DNA of 64,000 nt, from contig MWCU01000032.1 in NCBI GenBank assembly GCA_002070205.1, positions 15,123 to 79,122 of the forward strand. Direction: 5' to 3'. This document shows, piece by piece, positions 9,273 through 17,866 of this stretch. Each line of letters opens with the position of its first letter. The stretch's first letter is position 1. Source of the stretch: Firmicutes bacterium ADurb.Bin182. Lineage in GTDB: Bacteria > Bacillota > Clostridia > Christensenellales > CAG-138. The position numbers and the translations under genes are program-made. Under the pieces are notes generated by a model. That model made no database searches. It was not told the DNA's origin and saw nothing but the letters and a program-made list of their open reading frames with translations.

Positions 9273-11165
9273 TTACCTTTTATTTGACATGCGGTATTTC
9301 ACCTCAGGAATATTAGCCGCCGCGATTTCAACGAGCTTTTCAGCCGTTATAGGAATCCCGTCTTTGCCGAGGATCTTTACGCCGCCTTTTTCCAGTGACG
9401 TTTTATAGGCCGTTGCATATTCGAACTCGTCAACGCATCCCCAAAGATACGGCACAGGCAAAAACCCGGCCGCGAAAATTAGGTACAATCCGTCCGCCGT
9501 ATAAGGATCGCCTATAAACCTTTCAATGCCGGCGATCACTATTCTCGCTTGCGCAATCAGACGAGCCGTTCGTTCAAAGACGTCGCGATTGTAATGCATA
9601 TCCTCGATTTGCCCTTTGCGGCGCATTTCCCTGTATTTTTTCAGCGCGTACTGCGTGATTTTTACACTTTCGTCAATGATCGCGGGCGTGGCCAAATGCG
9701 ACGCTTCGCTGTAACTGACCACATGGATGACGGGCGGGCTTTTTTCGTTGTGGGGATCGATATCGTCCATTAAAGCCGTCACAGCGGCAAGCTGCGCTTT
9801 TGCTTCCTCCAAATCGGGTTTGAAATAATCAAGGCCCGCTCTCGGCTGGAATATTACCCTGAAATCCTCGTTTTCAAGCTCTTTGATAAGTTTTAGCAGC
9901 GCCCTTGATTTGGCAAGGTCTTGCACGCCCCAGGTCAGTCTTGGCGTATTGAGCATATTTTGGAGCACGAGTGTTTTAATACCGGTCAGTTTAGCGAGTT
10001 TGGCCGCCAGATATGCGGAAACGATATAAGTTATGTCGTCCGCGCCCCGAAACGCGAAATGATGCGGAACGTTCGGCTCGAACGGCTTTTTTGAAGCCGC
10101 GATATATTTCATCGTTTCGATATGCTCTTTCAAATTTGTAATGAGATCGTAGGGTCCTCTGTTATCAAGCTTATTGAACCACCACAAGGAAAGAGCATGC
10201 CAGCAGATGTTCATCGTTTCCTCGTGCATTTTCGCTAAGGCGGGGATATTTTTTGTTCCGGCATAAGTCCTGACGAGAAGCGGTCGTGACGCCTCCCATA
10301 TACTTTGGTATTCCTCCGGTGAGTTTATCGGGACGCCTCCCCCGTTCGGCATCGCATCCCAGTCTTCACCGAAATGCGACTGCGTAAGCTGCGAGGTACC
10401 GATAGAGAGTATGTCGATAAACCGTGTTTCTGATAGACTGCGCGCCCAGCCTATGAATTCCCTTACCGAGTCCGCCCTTTTAGCTAAAGATGAATATGGC
10501 CCGACGTGGGCGCGGATAAGAGGCGCAAACGTATCCAGCATACTGAAGTCGAGTCTTTTCTCGATCGTGTCCTGCCTCGTTCCGTATCCCGCATAACCGG
10601 AGCGATCCGGCGAAACAAATCCCTCGTACCGACCAGAGCGAATGAGATCCCTGCCGAATTCGAGCCTCATGTCATCGTAGCGGCTCCCCTCCGTCACGAA
10701 CGCGGGGATCCTTTCATCCGGGACGCCCATTTTCGCGAGCGTTTCGCGGACGGTCTCGCCGCCTTGAAACGTTCTTACAAACCCTTTGTGCTCTTTTTCT
10801 ATTCTCTCACACGCCTTGGGCAGTCCCGCAAAAAAGACCGCTTTAATTGGCCCGCCCTGATAAGACAGCATCCGTTTCTTCTCAAGCTCGTTCATCATAT
10901 AGCCGACGATCTTTACGGCCTCTTCGGCATCAAGCCTGTAGCTGATGCCGACACAGACAGCGCCTTTTTGCCGGAGCCATTCAGATAAAAGTTCCCGGTT
11001 GGTTTCGCTTTCCAAACCGCTTAGCGCATTTTCGACTGTTTCGTCGCCGACTATGACATCGTAACCGCACGAGCGCAGCAGTTCGGCGGCCTGGTTGATG
11101 CCGAGCGTATGGGCGTCGAGCGATGGTTTGACAAAGACATACGGCTCTTTGTGCAGCGCACTCAT
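9273..11165 (-). CDS. Cobalamin (B12)-binding domain protein of unknown function
   Basis: N-terminus PSLDAHTLGINQAAELLRSCGYDVIVGD contains the DxHxxG B12 lower-ligand motif in a Rossmann-like context. There is no CxxxCxxC radical-SAM motif. The remaining roughly 490 aa was not recognised. Confidence 0.55.
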   Translation of the reverse strand: MSALHKEPYVFVKPSLDAHTLGINQAAELLRSCGYDVIVGDETVENALSGLESETNRELLSEWLRQKGAVCVGISYRLDAEEAVKIVGYMMNELEKKRMLSYQGGPIKAVFFAGLPKACERIEKEHKGFVRTFQGGETVRETLAKMGVPDERIPAFVTEGSRYDDMRLEFGRDLIRSGRYEGFVSPDRSGYAGYGTRQDTIEKRLDFSMLDTFAPLIRAHVGPYSSLAKRADSVREFIGWARSLSETRFIDILSIGTSQLTQSHFGEDWDAMPNGGGVPINSPEEYQSIWEASRPLLVRTYAGTKNIPALAKMHEETMNICWHALSLWWFNKLDNRGPYDLITNLKEHIETMKYIAASKKPFEPNVPHHFAFRGADDITYIVSAYLAAKLAKLTGIKTLVLQNMLNTPRLTWGVQDLAKSRALLKLIKELENEDFRVIFQPRAGLDYFKPDLEEAKAQLAAVTALMDDIDPHNEKSPPVIHVVSYSEASHLATPAIIDESVKITQYALKKYREMRRKGQIEDMHYNRDVFERTARLIAQARIVIAGIERFIGDPYTADGLYLIFAAGFLPVPYLWGCVDEFEYATAYKTSLEKGGVKILGKDGIPITAEKLVEIAAANIPEVKYRMSNKR

Positions 11166-11364
11166 GTTATTCGCCCCTTTACTGTCTTGTTTTCAGATAT
11201 CATACCCGATTTAATATGTAGATTTATAGTATTCGCTGCTCCGCCGTTTATATCCTGTTGCGCGATTTTTGCAATTTATATTCCATAAGTTTCATTTCAG
11301 CAATAGCTAAAAGTAAATTTTGTCGCAAAAACGCTTATTTTGGCTGTTGGTGACAGCATTTATA

Positions 11365-11393
11365 TTGGAACTCAAGCGTATGTATGATATACT
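11365..11393 (+). promoter_or_regulatory. Putative sigma-A promoter for the alpha-oxoamine synthase / SDR pair
   Basis: TTGGAA (11365-11370), 17-nt spacer, TATACT (11388-11393) with an upstream TG (extended -10). Confidence 0.4.
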
Positions 11394-11438
11394 ACTTTAG
11401 CCGGTATTCATATTTTATTTTTTAAAGGGGATTTTTAG

Positions 11439-12632
11439 ATGGATCTGTTTGACAAGTGCAAGAATTTCACACTTGCCCGCGAGTATCGTGAAATGGGGAT
11501 CTATCCCTATTTTCACGAGTTGGAAACACGCCAGGATGTTGAGGTCGTTATGGAGGGGAAGCGCCGCATCATGCTGGGATCCAACAATTACTTGGGGCTC
11601 ACCATCAACAAGGAAGTAACGGACGCTGCCAAAAGCGCCATAGACCAATACGGCTCGGGGTGCTCGGGATCAAGGTTTTTAAACGGAACGCTCAACCTGC
11701 ATGTGCTGCTTGAAAAAGAGCTTGCGGAATTCATCGGCAAGGAAGCCTGCGTTACGTTTTCGACCGGGTTCCAGTCCAACCTCGGCATAATCAGCGCCGT
11801 AGCGGGAAGGCATGACTATTTGATACTGGATAAGGAAGACCACGCGAGCATATACTGCGCCGCGCGCCTGAGCTATGCGGAGATGCTTCGCTATGAGCAC
11901 AACGACATGGAGGACCTTGAGCGCATATTGAAGTCTCTGCCTCTTGACGCGGGCAAGCTTATAGTGACGGACGGCGTGTTCAGCATGGGCGGGGACATAT
12001 GCAAACTGCCCGAAATAGTGACGCTCGCCAAAAAATACAACGCCCGCACTATGGTGGACGACGCGCACGGCCTCGGCGTACTGGGAAAGCACGGCAGGGG
12101 CACCGCGGAGCATTTCGGCCTGACGGACGAAGTGGACATAATAATGGGCACGTTCAGCAAATCGCTCGCGAGCCTCGGCGGCTACATGGTCGCGGATGAA
12201 TATGTTATAGAGTATGTGCGCCATAAATCCAATCCGTTCATATTCTGCGCGTCCATTACGCCCGCAAGCTGCGCTTCAACGCTTGCTGCGCTTAGGGTAC
12301 TCAAAAAGAATCCGGGATTGGTGAGAAGGCTGGAGGAGATCGGCGATTACGTCCGCGCGGGGCTTACCAAAAGAGGAGTTCCCATCCGCCATTCCGACCG
12401 CACGCCCATAGTTCCCATATACACAAAGGAGTTTGACAGGACGCTCATGGTCGCAAAAGCGCTTTATGACGCCGGAGTATACGCAAACCCCGTTCTTCCC
12501 CCCGCGACTCCGCCGACCGACTGCCTTATTAGGACAAGCTATATGGCAAGCCATACAAATGAGCTTTTGGATGAGGCAATGGATATCATAGCGTCGGTCA
12601 TTTCCGAGTTCGGTCTTATTCAAGAGGTGTAA
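11439..12632 (+). CDS. Alpha-oxoamine synthase family PLP enzyme, serine palmitoyltransferase-like
   Basis: GIYPYFHELE...MLGSNNYLGLT N-terminus, PLP-lysine motif GTFSKSLASLGGY, and C-terminal NPVLPPATPPTDCLIRTSYMASHT (the PPATP..R pattern recalled from SPT rather than BioF/Kbl). Confidence 0.75.
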   Translation: MDLFDKCKNFTLAREYREMGIYPYFHELETRQDVEVVMEGKRRIMLGSNNYLGLTINKEVTDAAKSAIDQYGSGCSGSRFLNGTLNLHVLLEKELAEFIGKEACVTFSTGFQSNLGIISAVAGRHDYLILDKEDHASIYCAARLSYAEMLRYEHNDMEDLERILKSLPLDAGKLIVTDGVFSMGGDICKLPEIVTLAKKYNARTMVDDAHGLGVLGKHGRGTAEHFGLTDEVDIIMGTFSKSLASLGGYMVADEYVIEYVRHKSNPFIFCASITPASCASTLAALRVLKKNPGLVRRLEEIGDYVRAGLTKRGVPIRHSDRTPIVPIYTKEFDRTLMVAKALYDAGVYANPVLPPATPPTDCLIRTSYMASHTNELLDEAMDIIASVISEFGLIQEV

Positions 12633-13412
12633 ATGGGCGTTGTAGTTATAAGCGGTGTGTCAAAGGGGATCGGCTTCGTTACTGCAAAGCTGTTCGCACA
12701 AAAAGGACATACGGTATACGGCCTGAGCCGGAGGGGCACAGGATATGAGGGCGCAGAGCACATATCCTGCGATATTACGGACGAGGAAGCTGTCAAAGCC
12801 GCTTTCGCGAAAATCGCGGAAAAGGAAGGACATATCGATATCCTCATCAACAACGCGGGCTACGTCACATCCGGCGCGATCGAGTTTACGGACACCAAAG
12901 ACGCGCAAAGACAGTTTGACGTGAATTTTTTCGGCGGTTTCCGCTGCATAAAATACGCTTTGCCGGCAATGAAAAGCGGCGGCAAAATAATCAACATTAG
13001 CTCTGCTGCCGCGATATTCCCGATCCCGTTCCAGGCATTTTATTCCGCTTCGAAAGCGGCCGTCAACTCGCTCTCTTTTACCCTTGCGAATGAGCTTTCG
13101 CCTTTCGGCATACAGGTTTGCGCGGTCATGCCGGGAGATACGAAGACGGACCCCATAAGGGAAAAAACCGGAAACGGCGCAGAAAAATACGGAGAGCTCA
13201 TCAGAAAATCGATCGAAGTAATGGAGAGGGACGAGCAGAACGGCATGGAGCCGGAGTACGTCGCGTCCTGCATCCTTAAAATCGCGAGGAAAAAGCGATT
13301 AAAACCCCTGTATGTCGCCGGTCCGCAATATAAGTTCTTAGCGTGCCTTATGAAATTTCTTCCGGCCTCGTTTGCCAATGACGTGATCAGATTGATGTAC
13401 TGCCCGAAATGA
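12633..13412 (+). CDS. Short-chain dehydrogenase/reductase (SDR)
   Basis: ISGVSKGIG cofactor loop, NNAG, and the YSASK catalytic motif. Its start codon directly abuts the stop of the upstream gene (12630-12632, then 12633). Confidence 0.8.
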   Translation: MGVVVISGVSKGIGFVTAKLFAQKGHTVYGLSRRGTGYEGAEHISCDITDEEAVKAAFAKIAEKEGHIDILINNAGYVTSGAIEFTDTKDAQRQFDVNFFGGFRCIKYALPAMKSGGKIINISSAAAIFPIPFQAFYSASKAAVNSLSFTLANELSPFGIQVCAVMPGDTKTDPIREKTGNGAEKYGELIRKSIEVMERDEQNGMEPEYVASCILKIARKKRLKPLYVAGPQYKFLACLMKFLPASFANDVIRLMYCPK

Positions 13413-13533
13413 TTTCGCGGAACCTTTTAGATTCCGTAAAAAACATTTGTTTTCACGGAATTTTTTTATTAAGGACCATGATTTATTAAGGTGTCGTCAA
13501 GGCCGGATATTAAGGCGAAAGCGGGTGACGCAT

Positions 13534-14010
13534 ATGCAGCAGAAGACGAACGCGATGAGGGAGCTCGATTCGGCTAAGATAGCGTATACGGCTCACGAAT
13601 ACGATGTTTCGGACGGAGTTTTGGACGCGATCAGCGTTTCGTCAAAACTCGGGGCAAGTCCGGATATAGTTTTTAAAACGCTTGTCACGCAAGCGGAAAA
13701 CAATGAGATATTCGTGTTCGTGATACCCGGCAAGGATGAGCTCGATTTAAAGGTTGCGGCAAAAGCGGCGGGTAAGAAGCGCCTTGAAATGCTTGCGCAA
13801 AAGGAGCTTCTTTTAAAAACGGGGTATATCCACGGAGGATGTTCGCCTATCGGCATGAAGAAAAAATTCGTAACGTTTATCGATTCCTCGGCTTTGAAGC
13901 TTCCGCTCATATATGTGAGCGCGGGCAGACCGGGAGTCAACCTGTCGCTCGAGCCAAAGCGGCTCGCCGGATTTATCGGCGCGAAATTTGAACAACTGGT
14001 AAAGTGCTGA
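13534..14010 (+). CDS. ybaK: Cys-tRNA(Pro)/Cys-tRNA(Cys) deacylase, YbaK/EbsC family
   Basis: MQQKTNAMRELDSAKIAYTAHEYD... with the HGGCSPIG motif. The internal ATG at 13534 was chosen over the long ORF start at 13447. Confidence 0.7.
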   Translation: MQQKTNAMRELDSAKIAYTAHEYDVSDGVLDAISVSSKLGASPDIVFKTLVTQAENNEIFVFVIPGKDELDLKVAAKAAGKKRLEMLAQKELLLKTGYIHGGCSPIGMKKKFVTFIDSSALKLPLIYVSAGRPGVNLSLEPKRLAGFIGAKFEQLVKC

Positions 14011-14036
14011 TCAAGCTAAGTGAAAGGAAACCCTCA

Positions 14037-14900
14037 ATGAGCAACCGTCACCGCGCGACGCTGCAAATGCTCGCATGTGCCATGATGTGGAGCATATCGG
14101 GAATATTTATTAAAATGATCCCGTGGAATCCGCTTGTGATAGCAGGCTGGAGAAGCTTAATCGGCGGAGCGGTAATTTATATTTACATGCGCTTAAAACG
14201 GATACCGCTTATTATAAATCGCAAGTCCCTTCCGGGCGGAGTATTTCTGGCGCTCACGCTTTTGTGCTTTTTAACAACGAATAAAATGACTTCCCCGGCG
14301 AACGCGGTGGTGCTTCAATATACAGCGCCAATATTCATTCTCTTATTTTCCGCGCTGATTTTAAAGAAGAAATTCAGCCCGGCGGATTATGCCGTCGTGC
14401 TTCTGACGGTTATCGGAATCACCATGTTTTTTATCGACGGGCTGACCGCCGCGAACGCCGCGGGCAACGGCATAGGCATTTTATCCGGTATATTCTTCGC
14501 CGCCATGTTCATGACCACAAACGGCATCGACGAGAATACGCGCATGAACGCGTTGTTCATTGGTCAGATCCTGACGGCGGCAGTCGGAGTTCCGCTGACA
14601 TTCGCGTTCGACTCCCCGGCGTCCTTCGCGGCGCTGATGAGCCTTGCCGTGCTTGGCGTCGTTCAGTTGGGAATCCCCTATATACTTTACGGACTCGCGG
14701 TAAAATACTGCCCGCCGCTTTATATCTCGCTCCTCGCGTCCCTTGAGCCCCTTTTGAATCCGCTTTTGGTCTATATCTTTATGGGAGAAGCGCCGGGACC
14801 CTGGGCGCTGCTGGGCGGACTGCTCGTTGTCGCCACAATTGCCGCCTGGTATGTCTGGCAGGAGAGGAAGGCGGCTTCGCAATTAAGCCAATCGCGTTAG
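14037..14900 (+). CDS. DMT-superfamily (EamA-like) transporter
   Basis: About ten hydrophobic segments and an EamA-like N-terminus LACAMMWSISGIFIK. RBS GAAAGGAAA lies before the ATG at 14037. Confidence 0.7.
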   Translation: MSNRHRATLQMLACAMMWSISGIFIKMIPWNPLVIAGWRSLIGGAVIYIYMRLKRIPLIINRKSLPGGVFLALTLLCFLTTNKMTSPANAVVLQYTAPIFILLFSALILKKKFSPADYAVVLLTVIGITMFFIDGLTAANAAGNGIGILSGIFFAAMFMTTNGIDENTRMNALFIGQILTAAVGVPLTFAFDSPASFAALMSLAVLGVVQLGIPYILYGLAVKYCPPLYISLLASLEPLLNPLLVYIFMGEAPGPWALLGGLLVVATIAAWYVWQERKAASQLSQSR

Positions 14901-14921
14901 CGAATGGGTTAATTGCGAAGC

Positions 14922-15030
14922 AGTGGTTAGTGGCTAGTGGCGAGTGGTTAGTGGAGGAAAAATCTGCCTGAGGGCAGATTTAAATTAAATAATGGCCGGG
15001 ATAGTGGATAGTAGCTAGTGACTAGTGAAG
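14922..15030. repeat. Heptamer-array / hairpin element, copy A left half: 5x AGTGGNN, a hairpin, then a second AGTG array
   Basis: AGTGG starts at 14922, 14929, 14936, 14943 and 14950, an exact 7-nt register. The hairpin AAAAATCTGCC-tgag-GGCAGATTT is at 14958-14981. The second array is at 15001-15030. Confidence 0.8.
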
Positions 15031-15281
15031 GAAGAAACTGTCCGGAAATGGGCGGGCGATTCGTGAATCGCCCCTACATATAGATATGACATGTCAACAC
15101 AACATATTGTAGGAACTATCTGGGGCGTCTTGTTTTCTCCCTATAAGCATTAATCAAAGAAAAGGGACGCTTAAAGTGTCGTTCCGCATTTATATTTCCG
15201 GACAACCTCGAGGGCATCAACTTGCAAATTACTTACCACTGATCGCTTAATAAAAAACCGTTTACACCGAAACAATTAAAG

Positions 15282-15341
15282 GCATCTGCGTCAGCAGATG
15301 CTTCATTCACTAATCACTAACCACTGTCCACTATCCACTAA
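15282..15341. repeat. Heptamer-array / hairpin element, copy A right half: a hairpin then 5x inverted heptamers
   Basis: Hairpin GCATCTGC-gtca-GCAGATGC at 15282-15301. CACT starts at 15308, 15315, 15322, 15329 and 15336 (7-nt register). The last heptamer supplies the TAG stop of the minus-strand gene that ends at 15338. Confidence 0.8.
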
Positions 15342-16492
15342 TGCGAAAGCAATTTGAGCATACTCGCAAGGCCGATACCGAGATAATTTCCCACAGCGTA
15401 TCCGAAAACGCCGCAAATAAGCCCGGGGAGTATTACCTCCCTGTTTTTAAGCGCGTTCGCAACCGGCGGAATGAAAGCGGGCCCATATATGCCTGCCGTT
15501 GAGGTGATTAAGCTCGTGTGGCCGTCAATTCCGAACAGTCTGGAAAGAAGCAAATGCAAAAAAACGGAGCAGAACTGCACGAACAAAACCATCACGAGCA
15601 GCATCAGCGAGCCTTTTGATATAAGCGACAAATCAAACGAAAGCCCTATCGCGAACGAGAACATATAGATAAAGTATTGCCCCGCCGCATACGATCCCGG
15701 CGTTTCCCTGACCCGTTTAATAAACGAGAATGCAATGCCGCATGTCGTTACCACAAGCATTACCACCGCGACATTCAGTTCGCCGGTGAACAGGAGCGCA
15801 AGACCCGCCGCGATAAACAGGGAGAGGACGGAAAGAGCGAATACGGGGGCTCTCCTTAAAATCTCTTTGAAGCTGAACGATTGTTTTTTCGGAACGAACT
15901 CGCGCCGGATACTCTCCTCAAGCGATTCATCGCCGGAGCCGCCGCTTTTAAACGGCAGAAAGAACCGCCCGACAAGCCGCGGCATGACGGACAGTAGCAT
16001 CGCAAAATAAATGCCGCCCGCTACCATATCCGCCGTGTTCGCAAGAACTATATTCGTGTCCTTAACTCCGAGGGCCATTCCTATCGCCATTAAATTCGGC
16101 GTTCCGCCCGTATACAGCCCGACCAGCATGCCGCTTATGCTCGGCGCTTCATCGACGCTTGTGCGGAACAGGGCAAATCCCGCGAAGCTCGCGGCCAAAA
16201 CCGCGACTATCACAAGCATGAATGATATCGTGGTTGTTTTTGCAAGATATTTAAGCGACTTTAAATTGGCGCTGAAGAGAATGAGCGGGATCGCTATCGG
16301 AACGAGTATTTCCGCTGCCGACATAGCGATTTTCGTATCGCCGAAAACAAAACTCAAAAGGAATCCGCTCGCGTAGCATAAAAATACCGGCCCAAGAAAT
16401 GAAAAAAATTTGTACTTGCCGGACAGAAGGATCATGAGGCGGGGTATCAGTATGATCATGACAACAATGAGACCGTCTATAAGATATTGCAT
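15338..16492 (-). CDS. DUF819-family integral membrane protein
   Basis: Polytopic membrane protein. The MQYLIDGLIVVMIILIP... start at 16492 is preferred over 16540. Confidence 0.5.
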   Translation of the reverse strand: MQYLIDGLIVVMIILIPRLMILLSGKYKFFSFLGPVFLCYASGFLLSFVFGDTKIAMSAAEILVPIAIPLILFSANLKSLKYLAKTTTISFMLVIVAVLAASFAGFALFRTSVDEAPSISGMLVGLYTGGTPNLMAIGMALGVKDTNIVLANTADMVAGGIYFAMLLSVMPRLVGRFFLPFKSGGSGDESLEESIRREFVPKKQSFSFKEILRRAPVFALSVLSLFIAAGLALLFTGELNVAVVMLVVTTCGIAFSFIKRVRETPGSYAAGQYFIYMFSFAIGLSFDLSLISKGSLMLLVMVLFVQFCSVFLHLLLSRLFGIDGHTSLITSTAGIYGPAFIPPVANALKNREVILPGLICGVFGYAVGNYLGIGLASMLKLLSH

Positions 16493-16641
16493 TCTTTTCT
16501 CCAAAAATCGGGATTTGAGAATCAACGAAATAAAGATCAACTAAAGTATACCAGTTGACCAAATATGCGTCAAGTTTGATAGAACGAGACCCGCGTGCTA
16601 TAATATGTAAAATATCAAGCGAAAGATGTATGCGGCGTAAT

Positions 16642-17832
16642 ATGAGCGATACGGAAAAAATTCGGCATTTACGGAAAAATTTCTGCCGTTTGTTTGAAAA
16701 ACAGCCGGACATCGCCGTTTCCTCACCCGGCAGAGTCGAGCTTATCGGGAACCACACAGACCACCAGCACGGATGCGTATTGGCCGCAGCAATAGAAAAG
16801 GAAACGCTTGCTGCGGCGTCAAGGCGTTTTGATATGCTTGCCGTCATCCACTCTGAGGGATTTAAGCCTTTTCGGGTCGAATTTAACTGCCTTTCCCGGC
16901 AGCCCGGCGAAGAGGGCAGCCCGGCGTCGCTTGTCAGAGGCATCGGGGCTAAGCTTAAGGAGCGGGGCTTTAAAATCGGAGGATTTGACGCTTTCATAAC
17001 GACGGAAGTCCCTCCAGGCAGCGGCCTTTCATCCTCAGCCGCATTCGAGCTCGCGATTTGCTCCGTATTGAATCATTTATACAACGAAGGCTCCGTCGAC
17101 CCTATAACTCTTGCAAAAACGGCGCAATATGCCGAGAACGTTTATTTTAACAAACCCTGCGGCCTTATGGACCAGCTCGCGTGCGCTATCGGCGGAGCCG
17201 CGGCAATTGATTTTTTGGATACCGAGAATCCGGTCGTTTGCAAAGTGCCCTTCGACGCGCGATCAAAAAGCTTTGCGCTTTGCGTAACGGATACGGGAGG
17301 CTGCCACTCCGGCCTGACGGACGAATACGCGGCTATCGCGAATGAAATGCGGTGCGTTGCGGCGTTTTTGGGCAAAGAAGCGCTGAGGTTCGCATCCGAA
17401 AAAGCATTTCGGGAAAAAGCGGACGAAATCGAAAAATGCTGCGGCAGACGCGCGGTTGGAAGGGCAGCGCATTTTTTTGCCGAGAACAGGCGGGCGCAGG
17501 CTGCGGCGGAAGCGCTTGAAAAAGACGATTTTGAGCTGTTTATCCGCTTGATGCGCGAAAGCGGAAGCTCATCGGAGGAACTTCTGCAAAACACGCATAT
17601 ACCGGGCACGCCGGAAAACGAAGGAATACCGCTTGCCCTGGCGCTCAGCCGCAAGATTTTGGAGGGCAGGGGCGCATGGCGCGTTCACGGAGGCGGGTTC
17701 GCGGGCACGATAATCGCATTGGTTCCTTTGAATCTGCTGGAAGCTTATCAGTCGGAAATGGGAAAAGCATTCGGGCCCGGAAGCTGCAAATCGCTGAACA
17801 TCCGGGGCTCAGGCGCAGCGCGAATTCTTTGA
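16642..17832 (+). CDS. galK: Galactokinase (GHMP kinase)
   Basis: Galactokinase signature SSPGRVELIGNHTDHQHG and GHMP motif PPGSGLSSSAA. The ATG at 16642 was chosen. Confidence 0.85.
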   Translation: MSDTEKIRHLRKNFCRLFEKQPDIAVSSPGRVELIGNHTDHQHGCVLAAAIEKETLAAASRRFDMLAVIHSEGFKPFRVEFNCLSRQPGEEGSPASLVRGIGAKLKERGFKIGGFDAFITTEVPPGSGLSSSAAFELAICSVLNHLYNEGSVDPITLAKTAQYAENVYFNKPCGLMDQLACAIGGAAAIDFLDTENPVVCKVPFDARSKSFALCVTDTGGCHSGLTDEYAAIANEMRCVAAFLGKEALRFASEKAFREKADEIEKCCGRRAVGRAAHFFAENRRAQAAAEALEKDDFELFIRLMRESGSSSEELLQNTHIPGTPENEGIPLALALSRKILEGRGAWRVHGGGFAGTIIALVPLNLLEAYQSEMGKAFGPGSCKSLNIRGSGAARIL

Positions 17833-17866
17833 CCGGTTCCAAAATCTGCAAATTACGGGGGATTGT

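Noticed and set aside
10506-10988. 160-aa plus-strand ORF inside the B12-domain gene. Similar antisense ORFs occur at 11679-12224, 21314-21823, 22125-22697, 34856-35551, 45247-45873, 56100-56684, 58520-59071, 59108-59785 and 60729-61367.
   Set aside because: All are antisense or out-of-frame shadows of longer ORFs with recognisable motifs. None has a convincing RBS or a known domain.
14922-15341. Possible CRISPR array, given the short regular repeats
   Set aside because: The repeat unit is only 7 nt and directly tandem with no spacers. The arrays have only five units and come in inverted pairs. No cas genes are in the window.
16251-16997. 248-aa minus-strand ORF spanning the DUF819-galK boundary
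   Set aside because: It is antisense to galK and crosses an intergenic region. The composition is low-complexity Ser/Pro/Arg with no motifs. galK on the opposite strand carries clear signatures.
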